Shown: positions 14,660-28,403, counted from the whole stretch's first letter. The stretch: DNA of 63,521 bases, filler included, from Lenisia limosa (GCA_001655205.1; 10 parts of 10 records of this genome joined end to end with filler, not necessarily neighbours in it), one strand, 5' to 3'. A program made the numbers and translations. Notes: generated by a model from the letters alone, not told the origin.

Positions 14660-17608
14660 TCAGGTGTCTGGTTCTTTGACCATGTAGTTGACACCGTCAG
14701 CGGCCTATTGAAGGTTAGAATAAGTGTAAGCTTGGAAGAGTGTTTCCTAAAGTACCAAGCCATAAGAAAAAATAAACCTCCAAGGTACAAGCCAAATTTG
14801 ATGAATTGGAAAAGGGGGGGAGGGGTTAGTTCTTGGGTAAAAAGAACGATTGTCAGGGTTAATAATAATAATGCTGTTGTTCAAGGAACCCACCCCAAGA
14901 ACACCACCAGTATTGAAGCAGTTCAGGGTGAAGGATGTGGTTGTAACGGCAGTGAGACCTGAATGGTAAGTGTCCATCTTTTGTTTCTTGTTATTGTTTA
15001 TGTTATTAGATGGCTGTTGAAATAACACCAAAAATTCAAAAGCGAAATCACAACATACAGCAAGCTGCTTGCCCTGAAGAATTGATATCAAACGTAGTTA
15101 GAATAACTACTGGCGGACTGGCGAACGTTGTACCGAAATTGACTAGAGAAGTGACGAGAGGACACGGAGAAAGTTATACCAATTGAGTCGATGGAAAGAA
15201 CTAAATTGGGGTGATGTAGCATTACGGTCCGAAATCTATCATAATTTTAGCCTCTCCCACCAGTGGTTTGGGTAGCAACTGCAGAGTTGGTTCCACCTGA
15301 ATGGTAATTGAGAAACCAACAAGATTAAACAGATCGCCTTTTCTAGGATAGTATGAAATAATTTTCCATCGTTTGTGTAGAAAAGTGAAATAACTTTAAT
15401 ATTTGTATGGAGCCATAATCCTACCAAGTTGTCCAGCAATTGCTTTCGATGGTATCTTAACGAAATTCAAAATATCAATTCTGTCGATCATTGAACCTCT
15501 ATATGGTGAGACGTTGCGACTAAAACATACGCTGTGATTGTGGACGGGATGAAGTTGTAGCATTGAATGTCACCATCGCCTGTATTCATGCGGCACTAAA
15601 ACAGTTACAACTTGTCCCAGAAGATTCTTAATGCTTTTGGTTGGATTGATATGAGGCCAGTCAAACTATTCGAAACTCAAAATTTCCCTTGCTAAATCCA
15701 ATAATGAAATCTAATCATTAAATCTGGATTTATCAGCATACAAAGCGAGTTCCGTCGTCTGACCAAGGCTGGATGAACTTGTAGTATTGGTTCAAAGTCC
15801 CTTGGGTTACCGGGGCAGCTACATATTATATGGGTCTATGTAGAATATAAAAATAAAATTAGTCGAGGTCGTCCATATTGTCAACAAAAATAATGAAAGA
15901 GTCTGTACAAGGCAAAAGTTAATATGTCGAGTCAGTCAACTGGGATGGACAAAATTCCCTTACATTTAACAGGGTCAGTTACGGATAACAACTAAATAGT
16001 TAGAACAAAGGCACATAGCATTGTAAAAGAGACTCAGTTCACCCACCTGGGCAAAAGCAGTTGACTCAATGGATTCTTGCATTCCAAAAAACATAATGTT
16101 GAGGCGGTCAACTGTGATTCCAGTGTCCTTGAAAGTGAAATAAGGATCTTCATGTGCTCATGATATAATTCCATGTCCTTAAACGCTACAAAACCTAACT
16201 ACCGAGGTAGTGGCAGTTTTAAGGGTGACATGTGTGGCAGTAGAGCTGATAACAGTGCACACAGCCTGAAATGAGTAAATAAGGCATAAAGCCAAGTGGG
16301 GCGATTCCATTGATGGTCAGTGGATAGCATGTGTTATTATAGTATATAAGGTGGTATCTTGCCGAAGCGGTCGACATCATCACGCTTACAAAATATGTAC
16401 TATATGAGGTTCCTAATTCGCCAAAAGGTATGATGATTATGATAATACCCTATAGAAATTACATAAGAGTAACAAACGATTTATACTGTATTTCTCGAGA
16501 GACTGGAATCAATACACAACATTGGTTATCGAACCTTTCCTGTTGAGGAATGGACCTCAGGAGTCGCCACAAGGGACCAGCTGAAAGAGCTCTGAATTAT
16601 CGACGGAATCTCGACAACTATTGTCTCGGACGAGGGGATCTAAATGGTTAAGATCTAGCCACCAAAAAGAGAATGTGGGGAGTTTTATCCACGCTAGTTA
16701 ACTGTGTGTTAGAAAGTTGAACTTTATTCCTTCATACTTCACAGCATTCTATGGTCTATTAGATTATACTATCTGAATTACATATCGATACCATATTATT
16801 TGAATATGGTATTCAGTGCAGAAAGTATAATTACTTTTAAAAGTAAATTAAATATAGATTTCGACCGAAATAATCTCTGCCACATACGACTGCCACAGAG
16901 CTGATGATAAAAGGCTCATTGAGCAAGATTCGGAGTTCACTGAGGGTCTTGCCGTAGAGCTTCTCAAGATAGCCCTGGAACATTATGCAAGTACAGCGAA
17001 AAAACCATTCTTTCAAAGACAATTAATGTAAAGCCAATTCAGATCACGAAATCAAAAACCTACCTTTGTGACAGCCTGGTTGTCATGGGTGGGCTCTTCA
17101 AGGTTCATTTTGGCCTGGGTCACGGATGTATCCACTGAGTGTAAGCGAAAACAAGAAATAGAAACGAGCATGAGAAACAGATTCACCCACTAAGACTTGT
17201 TCCATTAAGAATCGCTTCTCCTTCAATGGTTCCGGAAACCCTGCAAAAATCAAACAACCATAAAGAAGCAATGTTTAACATTGCTGAAATCAAGAATAGT
17301 GTTCATTCGAAAGTACATATGATAGATTCCAATTCAAGTATGAAAAACGGATACTCAGTACTAAGAGGCATACCTACCATACCTACACCTCCCCTCCATA
17401 CCTCAAAGTGTCAACTTCAGTATAGCCGGGCTTTGTGACCAGAAAGCCCTACTGAGTTAAAAGTGTTGGTCCGATCACCTTTATCGAGTTATGAATATCA
17501 AACCAAAATAGATGGTCACTGCATATTGCTATGCCAAGACCCCCCACCTACAAATCCCAAATTTGTGGTCAGCAACAAGAAGCCAAGAACAGTCAAAAGT
17601 GATGACAT
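14660..17608 (-). CDS. Secreted multi-exon protein with a C-terminal H-type-lectin-like beta domain (uncharacterised)
   Basis: Signal-like start MSSLLTVLGFLLLTTNLGF; last exons VNFGTTFASPPVVILTTFDINSSGQAA|CLTAVTTTSFTLNCF...AADGVNYMVKEPDT*. The domain call rests on motif resemblance only. Confidence 0.5.
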
Positions 17609-17983
17609 TGTCAGCTTGAACAAGAGGACAATTGTCCTGACTGGTTTTCACCGTACGTCTCGGCCTGTTCTTCTAGTGTTGTATATTGGTGTATATTACA
17701 ATTTCGTGTTAGAGGAAGAGAGGAAGAGAGGGAGAGAGGATGGATGGAAGAGACTTTTTTATAATCGGCTGCTGTCGGAAAGTTCAGTTCAGCTCATTAA
17801 CTCTTTGATGAAAGTGGCGTTTCTTTGCTCCTTTACCATTCATCCATTCTTATAAATATTAATTGATTTCCTTTTAATAGCAATAAATAATAAGAATAGA
17901 AGTGGCATGGAATTAGAGTTTTCGTGTGATAGTAGTTTACAGCTTTCTTCATAGGACAACAGATCAGCTGTAGCAAGGCAAAC

Positions 17984-20900
17984 ATGCGTGCCTTTTATTT
18001 TCTATGTCTCTTCTTGGCTTCTGCATTTGCCATCAAGGTCTGTCTCAAATAATAACACATTGATTGTGTCTTCTGTGGGGATCTGAACATATTTTGTTTT
18101 CATCAGTCCTGACCGCGTAGCCTCTTGATGATGGAGAATGGGAAGTTGACCAACATCTTATCTCCAATACGCCAATTGACTACATCTTTGATATTACTAA
18201 GGTATGGGGGGGGGGGNNNNNNNNNNNNNNNNNNNNNNNNNNNNNNNNNNNNNNNNNNNNNNNNNNTTCATCGGAGGGTATTTTACTGATGATTCCATCT
18301 TGATCGTTGAGTGGAAGATATGTTGATTATGTAGGCCCCTGGCGCATCTCTGTCATCCGTAGTACTTGTGGCTGACGAAGGAAGTCGTGTTTCCCCTATT
18401 GGTGGGCAGCGGTTATCATATGCGCCATATCATCTGCAAATGTGCTGTATGCTGGGGAGGCACGCAGGAAGCTGTGTGCACAGAGTTGTAAGGCAAATGA
18501 TTGGGTNNNNNNNNNNNNNNNNNNNNNNNNNNNNNNNNNNNNNNNNNNNNNNNNNNNNNNNNNNNNNNNNNNNNNNNNNNNNNNNNNNNNNNNNNNNNNN
18601 NNNNNNNNNNNNNNNNNNNNNNNNNNNNNNNNNNNNACAACGGGTCATATGTGCCATAATTTTATAGCCTTCTTATAGTTTCGCCTCTGGTAGTAGTTTC
18701 ATATCAGCCTTGTTATCAAACATTTCTAAAAATAGACGCTTTCATTTGATTTCGTGTCCAACCTGGGTTTTTTATTCCTACATTCTACTGTTTGCCGCTC
18801 CACTCCCCTTGACCCCATTATAGAGGTGTGCGCTACAGACTACCAACTAGGCGCTACGGCCCCCTGCCCCGTGCCGCACATTACCCAAGGTAGGGTGCCA
18901 CAGAAGTACTGGCTCGGATAAACGAAAAATGTAACCAGAATCAGTACTTGACGTGTAATAATGGTACTTATTATTGACATGAGAGTGTTGTCTTAGTTCT
19001 ATTGGAAATTTTTTTTCTACAGGGGCGTTTTCTTTGTTTTTACTCTCTAGACGGTTTTGTGATTCTCCGAGCAGTTAACACTGGAAATCACAACTCTTGG
19101 TTTGGATGGCTTTGTATTTCAATTCTTTTCTGCTATGATAATATAGATAAGAAATTATCTATCAGGCTATTAAAATGCTACAAGGATGATTGATAGACAA
19201 TCCTATAAATTATGGCGTTTATGATCTTTTGTGTTAGTTTGGAGGTCTGTTGTAACTTTGAAGTTTTATTTAATGTCTTTTAATGCTCTCAAAAATGTTA
19301 AAACAGATGGGTCTAAAGTTTCATTTTTCCAGGTACATCCGTGTCCGTTCAAAGGACCCTGCAAGAAACCCAGTCTTCCAGATCAGGGCACTTCTGACCA
19401 ACCCTGTCGACCTCTCTTTTGCACAGGGTGAGGATTGTAGCGTAAAAGAGTAGATTCCCATGTTATTTTATTTGGAAGTAAAGACTCTACGTGTGGAATT
19501 TGAGAATGATGATTTAGCTTTATTCACGATACGACACCCAAATTTTCAAATATTCACTTGTTTCTTGTCTGTATGATGTTGCGTATACCTAGGGATTCCT
19601 TCTGGTTCGTAAAAGGCCTCATAATATCGATATTTATGGAGGATTTATCGAGAAATTCAGCCTTTTTTTTTGGGACCGAAGGGAAACCCAATGTATTGTT
19701 TTCCATCCAGTAACCTCATATTAAACAAACTCCCAGTGCTTATCCAATGCTGTACCTCATGCATAACATCTCTAGAGGTGACCACTGACATCACTCTGGT
19801 TGACAGTTTGGTCCGTCCCACGGCAGGAGCAGCCCCACCGACTGGCCCGTATAGAGGCATCCAGGTGGGTTTTGTCAGCAAGAAAGACATGAAATTTAAT
19901 TAAACCCAAGAATGCAAAGTAGTACATAGGGCTACCATAAAAAATAAATTACACCATACACCTGCGTTACCGTGCTTCTCTGACACAGATGTGACCCCCC
20001 CCCCCCCNNNNNNNNNNNNNNNNNNNNNNNNNNNNNNNNNNNNNNNNNNNNNNNNNNNNNNNNNNNNNNNNNNNNNNNNNNNNNNNNNNNNNNNNNNNNN
20101 NNNNNNNNNNNNNNNNNNNNNNNNNNNNNNNNNGCGGTGTTGTCTCAATGCAAACTCTTTTGTGCACGGTATGAGGGTAAAAAAATAATCAATGCTACTG
20201 TGAGGGTTTATAATACATTGTATAGTATATTTAAGAGTTAATAGGGGCAAATACATGTAGTATATGTTTTTACTTTGGTTTAAAAGGTATATAAACCAGT
20301 TAGGCGTGGGGCTTTCCTTCCACCCTTCAAAAAGACTGAATTATTTGGTCAATTCTCGATATATTATGATCTCTTTACCATTCTACTTTTGATACACATT
20401 ACCCTACCTTTCTTTGGGGTATTACTAATAATACCCCTTATATTGCAGCCGCCCCCTCCTCCGCCGAGCAACACTACACATGGTTGGACCCATGCCAATT
20501 TCCACGCACAACCAGACTTGAGTGTTCCGGTCTACTATGTAGTATGTTGGGGGTACTATATTATGGGTTTGAAATCATTTGTTGAACTGATTTGAACCCG
20601 GGGAGGGGGGGTCAAAGAACCTCTGCATTACAGCACAATTCCCCGTGATTCATTCTTCCTCTAAAACATTGACTGTGTCATTTTTACCTATATTCAGATG
20701 GGGAAGCCAGCAGCAAACATTCTGGGGTCGGATGCCGGAGCGTCCATTCAGTCCAAGTGGGAGGCGGCAGTCGATAATTCCGTTGCACCGTCCTCGCTTC
20801 TTCCAGGCGAAGTTGCCTATGTAACTTCCGCTGAGCTGCAGACTAACTGGGGTCTTGCCACTCTCACTGCATCCTGGGTTGGGGGGGGGGGGGGNNNNNN

Positions 20901-21540
20901 NNNNNNNNNNNNNNNNNNNNNNNNNNNNNNNNNNNNNNNNNNNNNNNNNNNNNNNNNNNNNNNNNNNNNNNNNNNNNNNNNNNNNNNNNNNNNNCAGCAC
21001 TATGAATATGATATTATTTGAGGTACATGTATCATTGTGAATTCATATTACTGTATATTTTTCAATTTGCCACTTATTAATACACTGGAATGGTATGCAA
21101 AAAGCTCTATGTTCGGAGGTGTTGTGCGGCAAATGGTTGGGTGAATTATTATCAGAGAGATCATCGAATATCTCCTACAAACGTGATAATGTGGCTGACT
21201 TCGAACAGACTCTCCTTGTTATATTATGCAAAATGCTACAGATATAATTCCACTTAGCAAGACGGCAAGACGGACCACACGGAGTGGGCCTTCACAGTGG
21301 AGTGTGTCCAGGAGCCAATGCATTCAAGAAAGGTTGGCGCTTCCTGGATTAAAATAAAAAAACTCAGTATCTCTCTTTTTGAGTTTTCATCATGTTATAT
21401 TACATGTGGCATTCTATTTTAGTTAGTTTTCAACTTATTTGAATGTATAATTTGTGTTACTTATCACAGAATATGAGCGAATTTGGATCTATAACCCCTG
21501 CTTAATTGACTGGTGTAGGTGGTCGTTGCTGGAACCGAGG
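17984..21540 (+). CDS. Secreted multi-exon hypothetical protein, 3' truncated by contig end
   Basis: Signal peptide MRAFYFLCLFLASAFAIK followed by open GT-AG exons (PLDDGEWEVDQHLISNTPIDYIFDITK; YIRVRSKDPARNPVFQIRALL; DGKPAANILGSDAGASIQSKWEAAV...). No family recognised. Confidence 0.55.
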
Positions 21541-21554
21541 TTCTTGATTTCCAA

Positions 21555-21654
21555 NNNNNNNNNNNNNNNNNNNNNNNNNNNNNNNNNNNNNNNNNNNNTT
21601 AATTAATTAANNNNNNNNNNNNNNNNNNNNNNNNNNNNNNNNNNNNNNNNNNNN
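21555..21654. other. Artificial contig-joining linker. Identical linkers at 27859-27958, 37092-37191, 38510-38609, 47723-47822, 50448-50547, 56129-56228, 58574-58673, 61832-61931
   Basis: Exactly 44 N + TTAATTAATTAA (stops in all six frames) + 44 N, nine times. Confidence 0.99.
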
Positions 21655-24600
21655 ACCCGCTCGCCAGTCAGGTTGCTAACGGACCAACTTATCGCAATAA
21701 CATCACCTCTGTGACAAGCCGCCCCTAGGTCCGCTAGATTGGTTAAGTCTATCGCGAGATTTGCTGGTTCGTAGCTGTCACGATTAGGGATTTTAAAGGT
21801 CCCCAAAAAGACTGGATTCCTTGATAAACCCTCAATAAATAGTGCTATTTTTACTGGTCTTATTGGGATCGTAGAGAAGCCCTTGTCATGATAAATATAT
21901 TACATGATTTACGATATCNNNNNNNNNNNNNNNNNNNNNNNNNNNNNNNNNNNNNNNNNNNNNNNNNNNNNNNNNNNNNNNNNNNNNNNNNNNNNNNNNN
22001 NNNNNNNNNNNNNNNNNNNNNNNNNNNNNNNNNNNNNNNNNNNNNNNNNNNNNNNNNNNNNNNNNNNNNNNNNNNNNNNNNNNNNNNNNNNNNNNNNNNN
22101 NNNNNNNTATCGATGTTTTATCACAAGTCATTGTTATCTGACCAAAGTGAAGTACCAATAAATAACAAAATATCAAAGGCATGATACCATGGGTTGCACT
22201 CCGATCCGAAACATGACTGTAATCAATATTGTACATGTATATTTTGATACTTTACCGATCTTATTCGTGAAGCCCTAATTACCATCCATCCCCNNNNNNN
22301 NNNNNNNNNNNNNNNNNNNNNNNNNNNNNNNNNNNNNNNNNNNNNNNNNNNNNNNNNNNNNNNNNNNNNNNNNNNNNNNNNNNNNNNNNNNNNNNNNNNN
22401 NNNNNNNNNNNNNNNNNNNNNNNNNNNNNNNNNNNNNNNNNTGAGTTGCCGCGTTTCTTTGAGTGCACTTAGTATGTATTTGGATTCAAAGCAAATACTA
22501 TTGCTATTTTAATCCCATGATTATTTAATAATTATCTTATTCTCAAACAAAAACAAACAATTACATTTGACATTTTTCCAAGTATTTTTGAGGCAGGCCT
22601 ACTCTTCGGCAATTAATCTGCCATTCGAATCAACTTCCCATTTGAAACCTTCATAACACCCCCCTCCCACCATGGAAAGTGGCAAACGCAACGAGGGACA
22701 TTTCTGAGGGGTGGAAGGCCAGGCAAGNNNNNNNNNNNNNNNNNNNNNNNNNNNNNNNNNNNNNNNNNNNNNNNNNNNNNNNNNNNNNNNNNNNNNNNNN
22801 NNNNNNNNNNNNNNNNNNNNNNNNNNNNNNNNNNNNNNNNNNNNNNNNNNNNNNNNNNGTGGAGGATTCTTATGATTATATCAACATGATTGTTTGTAAA
22901 CAATAAAAAAAAAAAAACAAGACCCGAAGCCACCCCCACCTTATCACTCTTGATATTTGGCCGGTCAATATTCCACCATACAATCCCGGACCGATGGGTG
23001 CACCACCCCGGGTGGTTCCGGGACCCCACCCTGAAGAGTCAGCGGGAAGTTGCAAACAGAAAATAAAAGCAGAGGATTTATATAAAACAGACATGGGGGT
23101 AATGGAAAGGAGGGAATATCAATCCCACACTGGGAGGCGGAGGGATAGTAACCTTCAATTCCCCAAAGAGGGGGGGGGACGAGGGAAATTTCGATGAAGA
23201 ATATTTGTAAAGGTACTGGTCATGAACCGAATAGTCTGAAACTCCAAAACAAAACAAGCAATAACAAACACGTGCAAGGTATTATGCAGCAACGCACCCT
23301 ACATTTCTTAAATATCATAAAACACTGTTCATATTCACAGCCCGAAATCTAAAAGGTTCACGTCCCCCATTTCTTGTTGTATCTTGGTTTAATAAGTTCA
23401 AAGTTCTCAGGCTTCAGTCGCCGTTAGTTTATTTTCCTCCACAATAACTACGACAACTGTTTTAAAACTAAAGTATGAACCTTTTATTTATTTTAATATC
23501 GGCATATCCTACACCTTAATAGTGGCATATCCGCCCCCTACGCCGCCGCTACCACGGATCCGGACGAGCTCCAACTGGTCGCTGTCAATGAACTGGGTGT
23601 TTCAGCAACCCTAGGGGAGGAGGTAAGGAGTGGGTGAGCATGAGAAATATGATACTAATTTGACTGTATTGACCGGGTAGCTGCTTGTCCATCCCAACCA
23701 GAGGTAATATTATAATAAAATATGAAATTACACACTTACTAAAATGTAGGAACATGCCCAATAACAGGTTCAAATAATTGACGATAAGTTCTGACACGAT
23801 TGACTGAAGAAAAAGCTCAATATCTGTGCCAGGACTTATCACAATCAGTGAACACATGTAGAAATGAGAAAATAAACAAGAATGTATCCGACCAAAGCCG
23901 TCATCGTGCTTAAAAGAGATACTGGAATACGGGATAAGATTAATTCACCCAACTATTTGAACTATATTATGTTGGGCTCCGTGAAATTAATTGAAAAAAT
24001 ATTTCTAAAATTGAAGTGGGACATTGTGCATTAATTTCCAATTTTTTCAAAAAATTTCTTCAAAAAATTACTTGCACCAAGCCCTGCTGATTTTACTAAA
24101 TGCAAAAGGTGAACCTGAGGAGTATACTTCAGACACAATAAAACAATGGTATTAAAGAAATCTATTCCATTCTTAGTGGCCCGCCCCTCTCACGTGTCTA
24201 GCGCATTAATATCTTGATTTGAGAGGCTTAACATTGGGTTGTTCCGGAGTCCAAACCTGAAATGTCAACAAAAGCAAGAAAAGTGAAAGCTTTTGCAAAA
24301 TGTTGACTTGGATATCTTTTGGTATTTTACAAAAAAAAAACACTACACAGTGCTTTATTTTGCTCAAAGAATGAGTATTAGTCTGTGTTTTATTATAAAG
24401 CTGAGTATAAAACTGAAAATAATAATAATAATAACAATAAATATCAATAAAAATGACAATTATATTAAATAACAACAATAATAATAAATAAAAGTATCAA
24501 TCAAAATAATAACAATAATAATAAATAGCAATAATGAATAAACAAAAACAATAATACAAACTTACAAGTCGCTCACTTATCTATAAATATATTGCAAACC

Positions 24601-25140
24601 CCCAACCAAACAACATTGTTCCTCATAATTGATTCGCGAATAATCACCACCCACTGATTAGCCACGTCAAGAGATTCGTCCTCCTTGGAAGCAACCGCCT
24701 GAGCGGCTCCAAGATCGACAACAACCTCAGTCTGTTGCCCTCCTTCTTCCCACTCAACAGTGTAGCCTAGTCAATAAATCAAGGCCCATCGTATGTTATC
24801 ACCTTACCTTTAAACGCTTCCGAGCTGTTGACATCTTCGATCTCATGAATCATAAGACTCCCTAAAGCAGAGATCGTTTTCTGGAGAGTTAGGGGAGGCC
24901 ATGCTTCTTCGTATTCGTCAGCTTCTTTGGTGTCAGTCTGAGTCTACACGAGTAAATATAATGACGGAAGGACGAAGGGGAACAAACCTCTGCTTCAGTT
25001 GGGGGTTCCGTTTGAATGGAAAACTCTTTCAACACTACCTCCCGTGTTTGCATACTACACGATGCTGTAGAAGCGTTTTTAACCTTTACATTACTTTTAA
25101 ACTCGCTGAATGAACTGTAATCTCCAAAATTACACTCCAT
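21655..25140 (-). CDS. WDR34: Cytoplasmic dynein-2 (IFT dynein) intermediate chain WDR34/DYNC2I2/FAP133, 3' truncated
   Basis: Exons SIQTEPP; SLMIHEIEDVNSSEAFKGYTVEWEE; TSWSSSGSVVAAA; GSRNHPGWCTHRSGI; CLAFHPSEMSLVAFATFHG; CHRGDVIAISW follow the WDR34 motif order ([46 protein letters not shown]). Confidence 0.85.
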
Positions 25141-25562
25141 CTTCCTCTTTTGCCTAATTTACTCAAATATATGACTTTAATATAGTAATACAAGCTTAGT
25201 AGAGGACATTTTTGGTGAAAACGCGGACAATTAAAATCGATTAGTACAGTATGTTAAAATCGATGACTGGTACTATTTAACCTGTTTAACATTTCTAACA
25301 GCTCATTTATTAAGTTAACGTTATTTATTAATATTTTATACTTAAAGATTGAACTAAATTGGGAATTTTCATTATGATGACTGATATTTGTTGAATAATA
25401 TGCTGTTTAAGACGATTTTCTGGATATTTGTAGGCGTTATTATTATATTTACAATGCATATTAACATTATGTAGGGCATCAGTCTTTTCTGTGTGCTGAA
25501 CGCGGAGTACCAATGTAATCACGACTCCCTTGCCCTCCCCCGTCTCCATTCTCCGCAGAAAT

Positions 25563-27640
25563 ATGACTCAAATATCCATTACTACTCACGACGAGCCGTC
25601 GATTCGAGTCCGTCAAAAAGTGGGCCTTGTTTATTGCAGTATCCCGATTTCAGTCAAACGTGTCGCATTCAGACTGCTATTCTTAGATTAATGTTTTTTT
25701 TTTGTTTTTTAAAAGTATATTGCTTTACTTAATATTTCAAATTTAGCCAAAAATCAATAATATAATATGTAATTCCTACGTTCCATTTTGACCTAAATCT
25801 TATCGAAGGCAGCAGAAAGCTGTGTGCAGTTGTAAGGCAAATGACTTGGCCAGATACTACTACCTATTATCCGTTGTCTTGCCATGCATTATCCTTACTA
25901 AAGCTGGATATCATCACACTTATAGATATTGAATATATTGCCTCGTCTACGGCTGGATGAAATTATTATCTCACCGTATATAGTTCACAGACGCGTATCC
26001 CCTGGCGTGTCCCCCCTGAGAATTTCGTTGGACCTCTCGTATCTATCCGAGGATGCAGCAGCTTGTAACGCCGCGGGGGATAGTGTCACTGTGGGGGGGG
26101 GTATTGTCCTTGTTGGAGGGATTATTAGGGCTTCACTAAAATATCGATAGTTTTCGAGGATTTATCGAGAAATTCAGTCTTTTTTCGAACCAAAGTGAAG
26201 CCCTAGATACTATAGGGGGGATAATGTCACGAATGGGGGACGTAACTGTGGGATATGTGTAGAACTCCCTGCAATTAATTTCTTCAAAAAATTAATTAGA
26301 GGGAGTATGTGTTACCACTCCGTTTCACTACCAAGGTTGACAGCCAAAGCTACACGTGTACCGAAGCCGATATTTTGACAGCTGGAAAGAAGGCCTACCT
26401 CAACCTGCTGCTTGACTCGTCAAAGGTGGGACTGTTGGGAATAGAAAATTGTTTTAGACAGATTTGTAAAAATTAGTACATCAGGTACAGTACGTCACCG
26501 TAATTTTGTGTTTGGATAGCACCTGCTTTAATATTTCAGGATCATATAGCTGAATTGCTCTATGTTACACCAGTTGTCGGCAATTTAATACTGGCTTCGA
26601 CTGTGTGTTCGCCTGGTGGGTATGGGCTGAGGTTGTGTGTTCGGCTGGTGGGTATGGGGCTGAGTTTTTTTTTTTTAAAAGAAAAAAATTCCTATTATTC
26701 TGAAGATAAATATCATACTACATTTATAAATGCATGTAGTAGATATGTTGGAATACTACATTTATATATGCATATAGTGGCTATCATACTACATTTATAA
26801 ATGCATGATATGTTGGAATACTACATTTATATATGCATATAGTGGCTATCATACTACATTTATAAATTCATGTAGTAGATATGTTGGAATACTACATTTA
26901 TATATGCATATAGTGGCTATCATACTACATTTATATATGCATGTAGTAGATATGTTGGAATACTACATTTATATATGCATATAGTGGCTATGTTGGAATA
27001 ACATAAGCAAGATTACCAAAACCACTAAATTATGGGTTTCTTTGCAGTAGTTCGCATACCATCTCATATATAATATATGCTGAAAAGCTGTGTGCACAGT
27101 GTTGTAAGGCAAATGATTGGGTGAATTAATATTATACTATAATCCAATATATCTTATAAGCGTGNNNNNNNNNNNNNNNNNNNNNNNNNNNNNNNNNNNN
27201 NNNNNNNNNNNNNNNNNNNNNNNNNNNNNNNNNNNNNNNNNNNNNNNNNNNNNNNNNNNNNNNNNNNNNNNNNNNNNNNNNNCTTTGAGGAATTCTTCTT
27301 ATTTCGACAGGGATTTCTTTTGGTACCAACTACACCACTACTGGGATCGACAACGTGAGGGGCGGATTTTCATTCTTAATTATCACATTTTACTTTTCAA
27401 CATGAGTGTTATTTCTTCGTACTATTGTGACGATCGTCTTAGTTAATGCTGTTTAGACTAATTTCTTTGATACCTCTGTTGTAGACTAGCATTTTAAGAC
27501 GATTAATTTGTTGACTTGCATATTATATGTGTGATTTTGTAGACCGATATTTTAATAGCGGTACTGGCGAGGGCAACACCAGAGGACGTTCTAGCTCAAG
27601 CTTCTTTCTGCCAACAGGATACTGTGGGGGTTGTTGATTT
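25563..27640 (+). CDS. Multi-exon hypothetical gene fragments
   Basis: GC-richer open blocks bounded by AG/GT, e.g. VDSQSYTCTEADILTAGKKAYLNLLLDSSK. No family recognised; structure uncertain. Confidence 0.3.
26126..26205. mobile_element. MITE-like family A, cleanest copy. Others at about 19589-19690, 21785-21852, 48055-48137, 48218-48302, 54978-55080, 60254-60320, 61565-61646, 62633-62721
   Basis: Perfect 12-bp terminal inverted repeat TAGGGCTTCACT/AGTGAAGCCCTA; shared core AATATCGATAGTTTTCGAGGATTTATCGAGAAATTCAGTCTTTTTT. Confidence 0.8.
26711..27000. repeat. Tandem minisatellite, unit about 71 bp, about 4 copies
   Basis: Unit TATCATACTACATTTATAAATGCATGTAGTAGATATGTTGGAATACTACATTTATATATGCATATAGTGGC starts at 26711, 26782, 26847 and 26918. 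Confidence 0.95.
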
Positions 27641-28028
27641 GAGGAAGATAGGTGTCATAGCTATCTGTGATATATTGATATACGTATCTAGTCAGATTTA
27701 TTTATGTATAAATGATATGATATAATATAATATTCATATTGTATATCATATGTATTATATCATATCATTTACATATATTACATGTATATAGCAATGAGAA
27801 ATAATAAATAAGGATGTATCTGGCCGAACTGTCCACACCATCACGATTATAAGAGATANNNNNNNNNNNNNNNNNNNNNNNNNNNNNNNNNNNNNNNNNN
27901 NNTTAATTAATTAANNNNNNNNNNNNNNNNNNNNNNNNNNNNNNNNNNNNNNNNNNNNGCAAATGAATCCCTTAAAAGAATATATTTGTTATTATATAAC
28001 GAGTTGTGCTTCAGCTAAAAAGAAACAG

Positions 28029-28193
28029 ATGAGCACAAAAATAAATTTAAGTACTGACGGATTAAATCAAAATGAGATTTTAAAACTTATATATTGCAAA
28101 CAGATTAATGAAATACACGAAAAAGGAGATATTAACAAATTAAAAGAAAGATTAGGAATGTTAGAGTTTATCAAAAATTTTCAACGACTCTAA
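28029..28193 (+). CDS. Small hypothetical protein (54 aa)
   Basis: ATG follows an upstream in-contig stop (TAA 28016-28018); open to TAA 28193. No motif. Confidence 0.35.
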   Translation: MSTKINLSTDGLNQNEILKLIYCKQINEIHEKGDINKLKERLGMLEFIKNFQRL

Positions 28194-28403
28194 AGTCCTC
28201 TTGTTACTTTCACGTAACATATCGGAATCAAATTCTTTTATGAACATTTCTACGGAATCAGTAACTAAATATCTTGACATTTCCTTAAACTCTTGATTTG
28301 GAAAATTTAAAGTTTCATATTCCAAAAGAATATTTTTGTAAATGGATTGAAGTTCTGACTTATCTTGGCAGTTCTGCAACTTATCTATTAATGGTGTAAT
28401 CAT
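28161..28403 (-). CDS. Small hypothetical helical protein (80 aa)
   Basis: ORF MITPLIDKLQNCQDKSELQSIYKNILLEYE... with bacterial-like composition; overlaps the 54-aa ORF convergently. Confidence 0.45.
   Translation of the reverse strand: MITPLIDKLQNCQDKSELQSIYKNILLEYETLNFPNQEFKEMSRYLVTDSVEMFIKEFDSDMLRESNKRTLESLKIFDKL

Noticed and set aside
24410-24560. AAT-rich run as a coding or satellite feature
   Set aside because: Low-complexity intronic sequence within WDR34.
26711-27000. CRISPR array
   Set aside because: Units are near-identical along their whole length with no unique spacers; eukaryotic context; no cas genes.
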